In this document: in pieces, positions 8,309 to 17,075 of the stretch
Numbering within the stretch: the first letter of the stretch is position 1
Layout of the letters: every line of letters begins with the position of its first letter
From: a virus
Lineage: Duplodnaviria; Heunggongvirae; Uroviricota; Caudoviricetes
IMG/VR virus record: IMGVR_UViG_3300034072_002212
Coordinates: 30,417-94,416 of that record
Length of the DNA stretch: 64,000 bases
Strand: one strand, 5' to 3'
The notes under the pieces: model-generated
The model's input: only the letters and a program-made list of their open reading frames with translations
What the model was told of the DNA's origin: nothing
The model's database searches: none
Position numbers and translations under genes: made by a program

Positions 8309-10180
8309 ATGTCCAACAAGATTAAGAAACTCACAGATTATCAGCACGCCAGGCTCCGAACTGAGATGTACCTGGGTAGCCGTGCTCCACACACTCAGAC
8401 GATTCTCCAGATTGTGGATGGAAAGCCACAGCCGGTTGAGATGACATGGGTGCCAGCTCTCTACACGGCCTTTCGTGAGGTGCTCGACAACGCCCTCGAC
8501 GAGGTTATCGGCCATGGACATGGCAGCAAGATTAAGGTAACCTACGACGCAACGACACGCGAAATGAGCGTTGAAGACGACGGTCGTGGTATTCCTATCG
8601 CGTATGACGACGCTCATAAGATGCACCTCGCTACACTCGTTATGACAGAGGCACGAGCTGGTCGTAACTTCGAGGATCGCGGTGAGGTCGCAGGCACTAA
8701 CGGTATCGGTGCGAGCGTTGTGAACTTCTGCTCCGAGTATTTCAAGCTGGACATTCAGAAGGATGGTGAGCGTTTCCAGCAAGAGTTCACGCAGGGCAAC
8801 GCGGTCTTTGGTGATGAGCTACAGTTTGGCAAGGTCAAGCTGACCAAGAAGCAGGGACCCAACGGCACCAAGGTCACGTTCAAGCTTTCCAGCGAAGTCT
8901 TCCCAGATCTCAATCTCCCAGAAGAGTTCATTCGCTCGCGTGTCACTGAGGTGGCAATCTGTAATCCGCTGATCAAGATCTTCTACAACGGTGAGCAGAT
9001 CAAGGTGAAGCCTCGCCCAGAGCAGACTCTCTTCCCCGGTCAGAAGCCAATGGCCCTAGAGATCAAGGACGAGAACTTCCGTAGCCGCTTCTGGATTGTT
9101 CCCAACTGGACCACAGGTGGCGATCACGTCCACACCATTGTGAATAACATTCCTGCTTTCAACGGCGGCGTTCACATCGACACTTTCCGTCGCCTGTTCT
9201 ATGGTAACCTGCTGACTGCGCTGGAGAAGGAGAGCAAGCGTCGCAAGCTCAGCCCGAACCGCTCGGACGTCACTGAGGGTGTTCTGATCTACAACATCAC
9301 GAACATGCACGGTCCTAACTTCGACAGCCAGAGTAAGACTCGACTGATTAACGAAGAAGTGGGCAAGATCCTCAAGAACGATCTCGAGAATCCAGAGCTC
9401 TACAAGGACTTCATCAAGAAGAATCGCGACTGGATTGAGGAAATCTACAAGCGTTGTGCTGAGCGCACGATGAAGAAGGATGCCGCTGACATTGCGAAGG
9501 CGGCCAAGAAGAACCTTCGCAACAAGGTTCCTCGCCTCATGGACGCAACTGGTGGTGATCGCAGCAAGTGCATTCTCTTCCTAGCAGAGGGTGAATCGGC
9601 CATCAGCGGCATGGGTTCGGTTCGTGATCCAGACCTCCACGGTGGTCTTGGCATGAAGGGTAAGGTTCTCAACGTCAACGGCGAAATGCCCAAGAAAGTC
9701 ATTGAGAACAAGGAGCTCGCAGACATCATGAATTGTCTGGGGCTTGTCATTGGTCAGAAGGCCAAGCTTGAGGACCTGCGCTATGGCAAGGTCTATATCG
9801 CGCACGACATGGACCCTGACGGTCTGAACATCGGTGCGCTCTTGATCAACTTCTTCCACACCTACTGGCCAGAGTTGTTCGAGAATCCCACCAAGCCATT
9901 CGTTCACATTTTCCGCACTCCGTTCATCATCGCTGAGCGTGGCAAGTCCAGAAAGTACTGGTATGCCCATAACTATGGTGAATTCAAGCCGGAGGATTAC
10001 AGCGGCTGGACGATTACCCGCGCTAAGGGTCTGGGTACGCTGACTCGTGAAGACTGGGAATATTCGCTTGCGAACCCTGAGGTCTATCCGGTTATCGACG
10101 ATGGTAAGATGGGTGAGACTCTCGACTTGATCTTCAACAGCAAGCGTTCTGATGACCGCAAGGAATGGATTGGTCTATGA
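8309..10180 (+). CDS. DNA topoisomerase II large subunit (T4 gp39/gp60 fused type; GyrB-like ATPase + TOPRIM)
   Basis: GHKL ATPase motifs (EVLDNALDE, TNGIGASVVN), TOPRIM LFLAEGESA, 623 aa. Confidence 0.85.
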   Translation: MSNKIKKLTDYQHARLRTEMYLGSRAPHTQTILQIVDGKPQPVEMTWVPALYTAFREVLDNALDEVIGHGHGSKIKVTYDATTREMSVEDDGRGIPIAYDDAHKMHLATLVMTEARAGRNFEDRGEVAGTNGIGASVVNFCSEYFKLDIQKDGERFQQEFTQGNAVFGDELQFGKVKLTKKQGPNGTKVTFKLSSEVFPDLNLPEEFIRSRVTEVAICNPLIKIFYNGEQIKVKPRPEQTLFPGQKPMALEIKDENFRSRFWIVPNWTTGGDHVHTIVNNIPAFNGGVHIDTFRRLFYGNLLTALEKESKRRKLSPNRSDVTEGVLIYNITNMHGPNFDSQSKTRLINEEVGKILKNDLENPELYKDFIKKNRDWIEEIYKRCAERTMKKDAADIAKAAKKNLRNKVPRLMDATGGDRSKCILFLAEGESAISGMGSVRDPDLHGGLGMKGKVLNVNGEMPKKVIENKELADIMNCLGLVIGQKAKLEDLRYGKVYIAHDMDPDGLNIGALLINFFHTYWPELFENPTKPFVHIFRTPFIIAERGKSRKYWYAHNYGEFKPEDYSGWTITRAKGLGTLTREDWEYSLANPEVYPVIDDGKMGETLDLIFNSKRSDDRKEWIGL

Positions 10181-10422
10181 TGGAAGAAATGTGGTTCTAC
10201 AGTGGACCAATTCATCTGAACTCGTTCAATGGAGACTTTGGAGAGTGGCATGCCACTCTCCAAACTGATGATCCAACTGCGGTAGTCCAATGGGTTACTG
10301 CCAATTCTACTGGACTCTGGTGTGTTCGCCAGTCTCCCAGTGAGGGTAGGTGGCTCATTGAAATCAAGATGAAGGAAGCTTCTGATCTGAACCTGTTCAA
10401 GCAGGTTTACAAGCTCACCTAA
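10177..10422 (+). CDS. FKLTWGG-family small protein, divergent member 1 of the tandem array
   Basis: Starts at ATGATGG overlapping the topoisomerase stop. Has the W-box (VQWVTANS) and a degenerate C-terminus (EASDLNLFKQVYKLT). Confidence 0.4.
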   Translation: MMEEMWFYSGPIHLNSFNGDFGEWHATLQTDDPTAVVQWVTANSTGLWCVRQSPSEGRWLIEIKMKEASDLNLFKQVYKLT

Positions 10423-10658
10423 TGACTGTTCGCATTGTGAACATTGGTTTGAATCGACTACCACCGCACGACCATGTGGTGGTAGTTCGAACCGATGAAC
10501 CCGAAGAGTTTATGGATTGGATCAAGGTTGCTTGTCCCAATTATAGCAATGTTCGCCATCCCGGTGGACGAGACGACCGCTATCCTGATCTCCAAACCTG
10601 CATCTGTCTCGATCTCAACGATCGAGATCTCATGCTTCTCAAGCTGAGGTGGAAGTGA
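10422..10658 (+). CDS. FKLTWGG-family small protein, member 2
   Basis: TAATG overlap with member 1. W-box FMDWIKVAC. C-terminus DRDLMLLKLRWK. Confidence 0.45.
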   Translation: MTVRIVNIGLNRLPPHDHVVVVRTDEPEEFMDWIKVACPNYSNVRHPGGRDDRYPDLQTCICLDLNDRDLMLLKLRWK

Positions 10659-10936
10659 CCTACAGCTGGTTTTCTATCTGGTACACACCAGAGGATGACG
10701 ACACAATCGCCTACATGACTCAGGACCGCATAGCTGAGATTGGCGGCCTAAAGCCTCATACCATCACAAGCGCAACCCTGATCGCACCCTATGTGAATAG
10801 CGGAATCGCTATCTTGAGTCGATGGTGCCGTCAAAATTGCAAATTGCCCGGCACACCAGTTAACGTCCGCGGACGCACTGGTTGGGCCTTCAAAAACTCT
10901 GAGGATGCCCTACTGTTCAAACTGACGTGGGGTTAA
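10649..10936 (+). CDS. FKLTWGG-family small protein, member 3
   Basis: W-box LSRWCRQNC. C-terminus WAFKNSEDALLFKLTWG. GTG start overlaps the previous stop. Confidence 0.6.
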   Translation: MEVTYSWFSIWYTPEDDDTIAYMTQDRIAEIGGLKPHTITSATLIAPYVNSGIAILSRWCRQNCKLPGTPVNVRGRTGWAFKNSEDALLFKLTWG

Positions 10937-10937
10937 G

Positions 10938-11408
10938 ATGTCCTTCAAAGTCACAAAGACAACTGTAAATGCGCCTTCGCGCAAGCTGAACGTCACGTGG
11001 AATCCTAGCGAGCTGAAGCCTCTTGAGATCACTGAAAAGGGTAGCGAATACCTGATCACCAATGCGCTCAAGCGTTGGATGCTTCAGCAGCATGGCACCC
11101 GAGTGGCTGTCTACACTCGTGATTTCGAAGCCATGACCGCTTGGTGCCAGGACAACATCAAGCAGCACTTTGACTGGTGCGAAGATGAGGTCCTAATGAC
11201 TAAGGAACGCCTCCAGAGCGACACTCTTTTCGCCAAGGAAGGCAAGATGTCGCAAGAATACATGGAGACATTATTCGTCAACAGCATCGCACGTCAGGTC
11301 AATCGGGAAGCCGCTGAGAGTGAAGGTCTGCCCTTTGCTCACGCGCACTTCTGGTTCGAAGACGCCAACGAAGCCATGATGTTCAAACTCACGTGGGGTG
11401 GCTGCTAA
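10938..11408 (+). CDS. FKLTWGG-family protein, member 4 (156 aa)
   Basis: W-box MTAWCQDNI. C-terminus HFWFEDANEAMMFKLTWGGC. ATG 2 nt after the previous TAA. Confidence 0.6.
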   Translation: MSFKVTKTTVNAPSRKLNVTWNPSELKPLEITEKGSEYLITNALKRWMLQQHGTRVAVYTRDFEAMTAWCQDNIKQHFDWCEDEVLMTKERLQSDTLFAKEGKMSQEYMETLFVNSIARQVNREAAESEGLPFAHAHFWFEDANEAMMFKLTWGGC

Positions 11409-11416
11409 GTAGGTGA

Positions 11417-11713
11417 ATGAATCTCACCTACACTGAACACAAAGACTGGACCCTCCCTCATTGGATGGACCTGCAGCTAGACCATAAAGACGACAACCTC
11501 ATGGCTATGATGGATGTCAATCAGTGGTGCGCCGATCAGCTGGGAGAGCTAGGCAAGCTCTGGGGTTATGAACGTCAGCAGCTCACTCTCCCGCATCCTC
11601 AGGGCCTCAACCCCGTGAGGATCAAACTCCATTACACCAAAATACAATACTCTTGGCGCTTCAAGAACAAGGAAGATGCCATGATGTTTAAGCTTCGTTG
11701 GGGTGGTGTGTGA
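11417..11713 (+). CDS. FKLTWGG-family small protein, member 5
   Basis: W-box VNQWCADQL. C-terminus SWRFKNKEDAMMFKLRWGGV. Confidence 0.6.
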   Translation: MNLTYTEHKDWTLPHWMDLQLDHKDDNLMAMMDVNQWCADQLGELGKLWGYERQQLTLPHPQGLNPVRIKLHYTKIQYSWRFKNKEDAMMFKLRWGGV

Positions 11714-11988
11714 TTCAATTCCGCTTCAACCGTGATGGCATCGGGCGACTCATGGTCGAGTTTGGTATGAAGTGGATCCTTCTAGACTATGACACCTACA
11801 ATCGTCGAGAGAAGGAGTGGGAGCTCAATCTCACCAGAGTTATTGACGAGCTGAACATTTGGTGTAAGGATCATGGCATAGCCAATTATGCCACTGGCTT
11901 CACTCAGATCGAACTTTGTATCACCTTTGGTGTTCGTGCCGAGGCGATGCTCTTTAAGCTGAGGTGGCATGATGCCTGCACCGCCTGA
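11698..11988 (+). CDS. FKLTWGG-family small protein, member 6
   Basis: W-box LNIWCKDHG. C-terminus FGVRAEAMLFKLRWHD. The start overlaps member 5 (TTG at 11698 or GTG at 11707). Confidence 0.5.
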   Translation: MGWCVIQFRFNRDGIGRLMVEFGMKWILLDYDTYNRREKEWELNLTRVIDELNIWCKDHGIANYATGFTQIELCITFGVRAEAMLFKLRWHDACTA

Positions 11989-12175
11989 AATGGGTCACCT
12001 GAAGTTTGATCCGCCTATCCGTCCCTATACTGAAGAGTATAAGAGGGCATGGTTTCTGCTGAAGGAAATGAACCTCACCAAAGAGGTCGTGTTCAGCTAC
12101 AAGGGCAACATGGATCTTCACGGTCTGACATTCCCTACCAAGGAGCAGGCCATGATGTTTAGATTGAGGTTGTAA
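11969..12175 (+). CDS. FKLTWGG-family small protein, member 7 (short)
   Basis: C-terminus TFPTKEQAMMFRLRL. Overlaps member 6. Confidence 0.4.
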   Translation: MMPAPPEMGHLKFDPPIRPYTEEYKRAWFLLKEMNLTKEVVFSYKGNMDLHGLTFPTKEQAMMFRLRL

Positions 12176-12426
12176 TGGGAACAGTTCACCGCAACGGCAC
12201 GCCGCCAAAGCGTCTACCTTTCAAGAAGGTCATGACGTTCAGCGACATGGACTTCAACGAGGATATCATCGCAAAATGGGCTCGAGAGCACCTCGAGAAC
12301 CACATGCAGTATGACTACATCGTGTTCAACGGCACCAAGGGCAAGCTCAACAGGTCGATTGAATTCACCGCGTGGTTCCAGACTCGTATTGATGCGGAAC
12401 GATTCGAGAGGGCTTGGTTTAAGTGA
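12175..12426 (+). CDS. FKLTWGG-family small protein, member 8 (degenerate C-terminus)
   Basis: TAATG overlap. C-terminus FQTRIDAERFERAWFK keeps the DA..F...W spacing. Confidence 0.45.
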   Translation: MGTVHRNGTPPKRLPFKKVMTFSDMDFNEDIIAKWAREHLENHMQYDYIVFNGTKGKLNRSIEFTAWFQTRIDAERFERAWFK

Positions 12427-12719
12427 ACCTCCGCATTTACATTGTTGATCGGGTGGATCAGGTTCGTTGGTATTTGGATCCAAAGACCTGCACCTCCTTC
12501 TGTCTCCAGCTCAAGGACAATCATCATGAGATTCGTTCCTGGCTAGAGCAGATGACCAAAGATGTCGTTGTGATAAGTGGCCAAGGTATCATGCCTCGCA
12601 TGGGTGTCAATGACCATCCCAACAACGTCTACCAGTCACTTTCGCGCGAACAGTTCAAGCTCTATTTTGCGAGCGAGGACGATGCTATGCTTTTCAAACT
12701 CACATGGGGTGGCCAATGA
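12423..12719 (+). CDS. FKLTWGG-family small protein, member 9
   Basis: W-box IRSWLEQMT. C-terminus LYFASEDDAMLFKLTWGGQ. Confidence 0.6.
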   Translation: MNLRIYIVDRVDQVRWYLDPKTCTSFCLQLKDNHHEIRSWLEQMTKDVVVISGQGIMPRMGVNDHPNNVYQSLSREQFKLYFASEDDAMLFKLTWGGQ

Positions 12720-12901
12720 GCTTTACCTGCAAGCTCTGGAAGATTGTTCTAGGGCACGACATGGCGGACGATAACACCGATCTAACTTTCTGGGGTTACC
12801 ACTTCAGCGAAGGCAAGGCGCGTGACGCTGCTCTCAATTGGGCAGAGGGTCAGAAACCAGGCAGCGTGATCACGATCAAAAGCGTTGACTTGATCAAGTA
12901 A
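12704..12901 (+). CDS. Small ORF at the array position with only weak family resemblance
   Basis: FSEGKARDAALNWAEG weakly echoes the motif but is not C-terminal. Overlaps member 9. May be spurious or a decayed copy. Confidence 0.3.
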   Translation: MGWPMSFTCKLWKIVLGHDMADDNTDLTFWGYHFSEGKARDAALNWAEGQKPGSVITIKSVDLIK

Positions 12902-12983
12902 GCTGCTATTCAGGACACATGACCAACCGTAAGGCCCTTCACAGCGAGCACTAGGAAGCAATCACGCTTCCTGGAGAATCGCT

Positions 12984-13229
12984 ATGTCAAATTGGACGCC
13001 GCCCCGCGGCTACAAGGGCCTTCGCACTGGCTACCGTCAGGCCGTGCGAGTCAAACTTCGGGTTCCTGAAGACTACCACGCTCGTGTGGCATTCTTCGCC
13101 CGTCGTTCCGAAATGGAAGATTGGTGCGAAGAAAATTGCCATCACTCTTGGAGTCACGTTGATGGCTTCTTTTGGTTTGACAAAACCAGCGAGGCTGTGC
13201 TCTTTAAGATGATCTTTGGAGGCCGCTAA
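12984..13229 (+). CDS. FKLTWGG-family small protein, member 11
   Basis: W-box MEDWCEENC. C-terminus WFDKTSEAVLFKMIFGGR. Preceded by a GGAAGC-aatcac-GCTTCC hairpin and a GGAGAA ribosome-binding site. Confidence 0.55.
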   Translation: MSNWTPPRGYKGLRTGYRQAVRVKLRVPEDYHARVAFFARRSEMEDWCEENCHHSWSHVDGFFWFDKTSEAVLFKMIFGGR

Positions 13230-13574
13230 TTGCTAGATCCCAACAATCCTCAGTTCCAAAGCTTCAAGATCACGCAGGGATTCAAAGTCACGATCCCAGC
13301 GCCCAAGCATCCAGGTAATGGACGAGTCAATGGCTTCTACAAGCATGGCTTTCCTCTTGAGGTCAAAGAGTGGCTTGATACCAATGTGGGTGAAACGTGT
13401 GGCAACCACCTTTGGGAACTAGAGGGCCAAGGGGACTGGCTTCACACGGGGGCCAAGCAAGGATCGTTTAAGAACGTCGAAGGTCACAATACCCGACGTT
13501 CCATGTTGGACTTCTATTTCCGAGACAAACGCAAAGCTGCCTTGTTTTTGGTGAGGTGGCACGGCTACCTCTAA
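13230..13574 (+). CDS. FKLTWGG-family protein, member 12
   Basis: Starts 1 nt after the previous stop. C-terminus FRDKRKAALFLVRWHGYL. Confidence 0.5.
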   Translation: MLDPNNPQFQSFKITQGFKVTIPAPKHPGNGRVNGFYKHGFPLEVKEWLDTNVGETCGNHLWELEGQGDWLHTGAKQGSFKNVEGHNTRRSMLDFYFRDKRKAALFLVRWHGYL

Positions 13575-13641
13575 ACAACCAGAAAGTTGACGCGGCTCTG
13601 GTGTGCTAAGTAAACTGCACACATAAACAGAGGCCAACTCA

Positions 13642-14994
13642 ATGACCCAAGAAAATAGCTCAAACTATATCCTAGACACTTCCCGCGAATATTCCATCTA
13701 CGTTTGTGAATCCCGCGCAATTCCCAAGGTCGCAGACGGCCTCAAGGACGCGCAGCGCAAGGCGCTTTGGCTTGTTAAGAGCCGATCGGACAAGATCAAG
13801 ACGGTGTCCCTCGCAGGCGAGATGATCTCCTCGGGACTCTATCTGCACGGTGACCAGTCAGCAGCTGGTGCTATCTCGATGCTGGCCGCTCCCTACGTCA
13901 ACAACGTGCCCTTGCTTGAGGGTATTGGTTCGTTCGGCACGCGCGTTGCGCCAGTCGACGGTATCGGTGCTCCTCGTTACACCTACGTCAAGCGCGGCAA
14001 AGCTGCTCAGGAACTCATGTTCCCCGACATGGACATTGTTCCGGTCAAGGAGAACTATGACGGGTCAACGATTGAGCCTCAGCACTTCCTCCCACTTATC
14101 CCTACGGTGCTCTTAAACGGCGTCTCAGGCATCGCAGTGGGTTGGAGCACCGAGATCCTACCTAGGTCCTTCAAGGCCCTCGTTGATGCCACGCTGAACG
14201 TCCTAGACGGCAAAAAGCTGAAGCGCATTGCTCCCAACTACGAGCTCTACAACGTGGGCGTCAGCCACCTCGAGGACAACTCGTGGGAGTTTCAGGGCAA
14301 GCTGGAAATCGTCGACACGTCGACCATTAAGATCACTGAGCTGCCACCCGAACTGACCCTCGAGAAGTTCAAGGAACGCCTGAACACGTTTGAAGACGAG
14401 AACAAGATCTCGACCTATATCGACCGTTCCACTGATACCATTGACATCACGATCAAGATGGCTCGTGGCTCGGTCAAGGGTTGGAGCGTCACTCGCGCCA
14501 TCGACTACTTCAAGCTCAAGCAGAAGAAGACCGAGCGCATCGTTGTCATCGACTGGAACGGCTCTTCGATCCGCCAGTATGAGAGCGCAGAGAAGCTTAT
14601 TGAGGACTTCGTTGCGTGGCGCTTGGGTTGGTATGAGACCCGCTACCAGAACAAGGTCAACAAGGACGACTACGAGCTAGGCTTCTGGAAGGGCGTCAAG
14701 CTTTGCTTCGACGACAAGCTGCCAGCACGCCTGGGCACAATCAAGAGTCGCACTGAACTGGATGCTGATGTCCAGGCTGTCACTGCCAAGCTCAAGCTGG
14801 ACGACAAGCGCGTTGATCGCATCGTGAACTTGCCGGCTCACCGTTGGACCAAGGATGCCTATGCTGATGTTCTCCAGAAGATCAAGGATCTGGAAGCAAA
14901 CATCAAGGAATACAAGGCCATCCTCAAGGATCCTGAAAGGCGAAAGGCCATCTACCGGGAAGAGGTAGAGGCCTTGAAGAAGGTTAAGTTCTAA
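13642..14994 (+). CDS. DNA topoisomerase II medium subunit (T4 gp52-like, GyrA-like breakage-reunion domain)
   Basis: IPKVADGLKDAQRKALW (compare IPDVRDGLKPVQRRILY), active-site tyrosine context APRYTYV, 450 aa. Confidence 0.85.
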   Translation: MTQENSSNYILDTSREYSIYVCESRAIPKVADGLKDAQRKALWLVKSRSDKIKTVSLAGEMISSGLYLHGDQSAAGAISMLAAPYVNNVPLLEGIGSFGTRVAPVDGIGAPRYTYVKRGKAAQELMFPDMDIVPVKENYDGSTIEPQHFLPLIPTVLLNGVSGIAVGWSTEILPRSFKALVDATLNVLDGKKLKRIAPNYELYNVGVSHLEDNSWEFQGKLEIVDTSTIKITELPPELTLEKFKERLNTFEDENKISTYIDRSTDTIDITIKMARGSVKGWSVTRAIDYFKLKQKKTERIVVIDWNGSSIRQYESAEKLIEDFVAWRLGWYETRYQNKVNKDDYELGFWKGVKLCFDDKLPARLGTIKSRTELDADVQAVTAKLKLDDKRVDRIVNLPAHRWTKDAYADVLQKIKDLEANIKEYKAILKDPERRKAIYREEVEALKKVKF

Positions 14995-15000
14995 GACAAT

Positions 15001-15022
15001 GGGGAGGGTCTAGACCCTCCCC
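15001..15022. terminator. Bidirectional terminator hairpin between convergent genes
   Basis: Perfect palindrome GGGGAGGGTC-TA-GACCCTCCCC, then ATTTCCTTT on the plus side. It sits between the gp52-like stop (14994) and the minus-strand stop (15030). Confidence 0.6.
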
Positions 15023-15029
15023 ATTTCCT

Positions 15030-16274
15030 TTACTCGTCGCCGTTGATCGGCACCTCACAATACTTGGTCTTGAGGGTCAGCAGGTATTGCGTGACCTTCT
15101 CGGGCATGTCCGTGTGGCTCTGCCGGTCAGGACCCGTGTTGTTGGACCCATAGTAGTAACCACGGCTCTGGGGCTGGGTGCTCACAAACTCCTTGTCGTT
15201 CTCGATTTTATCCTTGTCGTAGGAGTGAATCCAGACCTTATCGAAGCCGTTGCGGTTGTGCCGCACCGTGTCGTGATACTGCTTCATCGAGAACGCGCAC
15301 CAGCGACCATTCTGCCCCGGCATCTCACCGAAGAAGACACCCTCAGGACGCTTGCTTGCGACCGCGAAGTCTTCCTCGGTGATGGTGAGGATCAGGTCAC
15401 TTTTTTTTAGAGCCTCCGAGGAAACCGCGACCACGTAGCCGTCGGAATAGGCGTTCTCGTTCACGCACGAGCCATAGTTGCGGCCCTTGCGATACTTGAT
15501 GATCGCCTCATTGATCTCCTTCTCCGCAGCTTCCTGCGTGAGGGTACCGTCGCCCTGTTCGACTTCGGCAATCTTCGGGGTCGCGATCGAGCGCCACTCG
15601 CCCGCGCCATGGCCGCTGGTCACCTTGAACAGGAACCGCTTCTTGTCGCCGAAGTTCTGATTGATGCCGTTGTGGCCGTAGCGCGCATGGGCGAGGAAGA
15701 AGTAGCCGTAGAAGATGCCCTCGTCACCATTCTGCATGATGATCTTGTCGCCCAGCTTGACCTCGCTGGGCTTGACCTTCTTGGCGGCGCGCTCGGTGTT
15801 GGCCTGTGCCGCTCGGTAGGCGTCGCTGTCCACTGGGACCAGCACGTTCTCAGAGCCGAGCCGGCCCCAGATAAGCTGTTCCTGGATCTCGCCCTTCTCC
15901 ATGGTGCAGAGCATCAGGATCTGTGCGAAGTTGGAACTGCTGATCTCGAGCTCGAACCCACGCGGGTCCTCGATGCGCCACTTGACGTTGCCGTTGCCGA
16001 AGCTCGCATAGCGGCGAACTTCGCGCGACAGCTTGAAGCCGACCATGGGCTTGTTCTCATAGGTCACCGCAGGCGGCACGTCCTTGGTCTTGCCGTAGCC
16101 ATAACCCTGTGCCCACTGGTCCACCGTTGCCTTGCGCTTGACTGCCGCGGCATCGGTGCCATCCGGGGTCATGAAGCCCAGCGGCGTATTGTCCTGCGTG
16201 GGACGGCTCTGGAAACCCACGTAGTGGTGGGACGGGAACTTGATAGCCTTGTTGTCTGCTTCGATTTTGCTCAT
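15030..16274 (-). CDS. Hypothetical protein (414 aa)
   Basis: Long clean ORF. No motif recognised. Confidence 0.5.
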   Translation of the reverse strand: MSKIEADNKAIKFPSHHYVGFQSRPTQDNTPLGFMTPDGTDAAAVKRKATVDQWAQGYGYGKTKDVPPAVTYENKPMVGFKLSREVRRYASFGNGNVKWRIEDPRGFELEISSSNFAQILMLCTMEKGEIQEQLIWGRLGSENVLVPVDSDAYRAAQANTERAAKKVKPSEVKLGDKIIMQNGDEGIFYGYFFLAHARYGHNGINQNFGDKKRFLFKVTSGHGAGEWRSIATPKIAEVEQGDGTLTQEAAEKEINEAIIKYRKGRNYGSCVNENAYSDGYVVAVSSEALKKSDLILTITEEDFAVASKRPEGVFFGEMPGQNGRWCAFSMKQYHDTVRHNRNGFDKVWIHSYDKDKIENDKEFVSTQPQSRGYYYGSNNTGPDRQSHTDMPEKVTQYLLTLKTKYCEVPINGDE

Positions 16275-16286
16275 TCGATCGCCCCT

Positions 16287-16523
16287 TTATCGGCTTTGGA
16301 GTTTCAGATACATGGCATAGCGGCGCTCGATCTTTTCGATCGCCTCGAGGTAGGGCTTTGCCGCTTCCTCCGCCGCAGCCTTTTTGGCGGCGTTCATTTC
16401 CAGCTTGAGTGTCTGGATTTGATCCCACATGGCCGTGATGGCCGAACCCTCGCTCAGAATCTCCTGTTCGGTGGACTCTGTGCTCTTCATCAGTTGCTTG
16501 CGGATATCCGCCAGAATGCTCAT
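16287..16523 (-). CDS. Small coiled-coil protein (78 aa)
   Basis: Ala/Glu/Lys-rich helical sequence. Translationally coupled to its upstream gene. Confidence 0.4.
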   Translation of the reverse strand: MSILADIRKQLMKSTESTEQEILSEGSAITAMWDQIQTLKLEMNAAKKAAAEEAAKPYLEAIEKIERRYAMYLKLQSR

Positions 16524-16975
16524 GCGTAGTTGACCTCAAAGCCACACTGGCGCAAGAGATCGATGCCCTGCATCATCTTGCGTTCCCAGACCATGGGCTG
16601 TTCGTTGCGTTCAAATTGGGTGAGCTCGACCACTTGGGTCAAGAGTTCTGCGTCCTCGACCACCTTCTTGGCCTGCGCTAGGCCGAAACCGGTCATAGCA
16701 CGGACCTCCTTGATCGCTTTGATCTTGAAGGAGACGTCATTGGAGCCTGCGCGATAACGCTCGGGATCAACGAGGCGGAAGGAGATCTTGTTGGTGGTCT
16801 GGTAGGTGCCCGAGAGCTTGTGGAGGATTACTCTATCCTTCCACGCTTTGCCCATAGGGCCCTCGAGAGCAGCCATGACCTCGGCGGACTTGTCAGCACC
16901 CATGGATAGCTTGACGGCCCGCAGAAACTGCTGGCTGATCTCGTCAAGCAACTGGGTATCTGGTTCGCCGTTCAC
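16520..16975 (-). CDS. Protein with a ribosomal L7/L12 C-terminal-domain-like region
   Basis: KIKAIKEVRAMTGFGLAQAKKVVEDAELLTQVV...GFEVNYA matches the L7/L12 CTD ([35 protein letters not shown]...GAEVEVK). The N-terminal ~80 aa are unrelated. Confidence 0.5.
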   Translation of the reverse strand: MNGEPDTQLLDEISQQFLRAVKLSMGADKSAEVMAALEGPMGKAWKDRVILHKLSGTYQTTNKISFRLVDPERYRAGSNDVSFKIKAIKEVRAMTGFGLAQAKKVVEDAELLTQVVELTQFERNEQPMVWERKMMQGIDLLRQCGFEVNYA

Positions 16976-17075
16976 GCTGCCTCCTGTTACCCTGTCACAT
17001 CTATACTCTAGGTGTCACCTGTCAACCGTCCAGATAAGTATTGTATTGAAAAGGAGACTTTGCTAGACAGAACGA

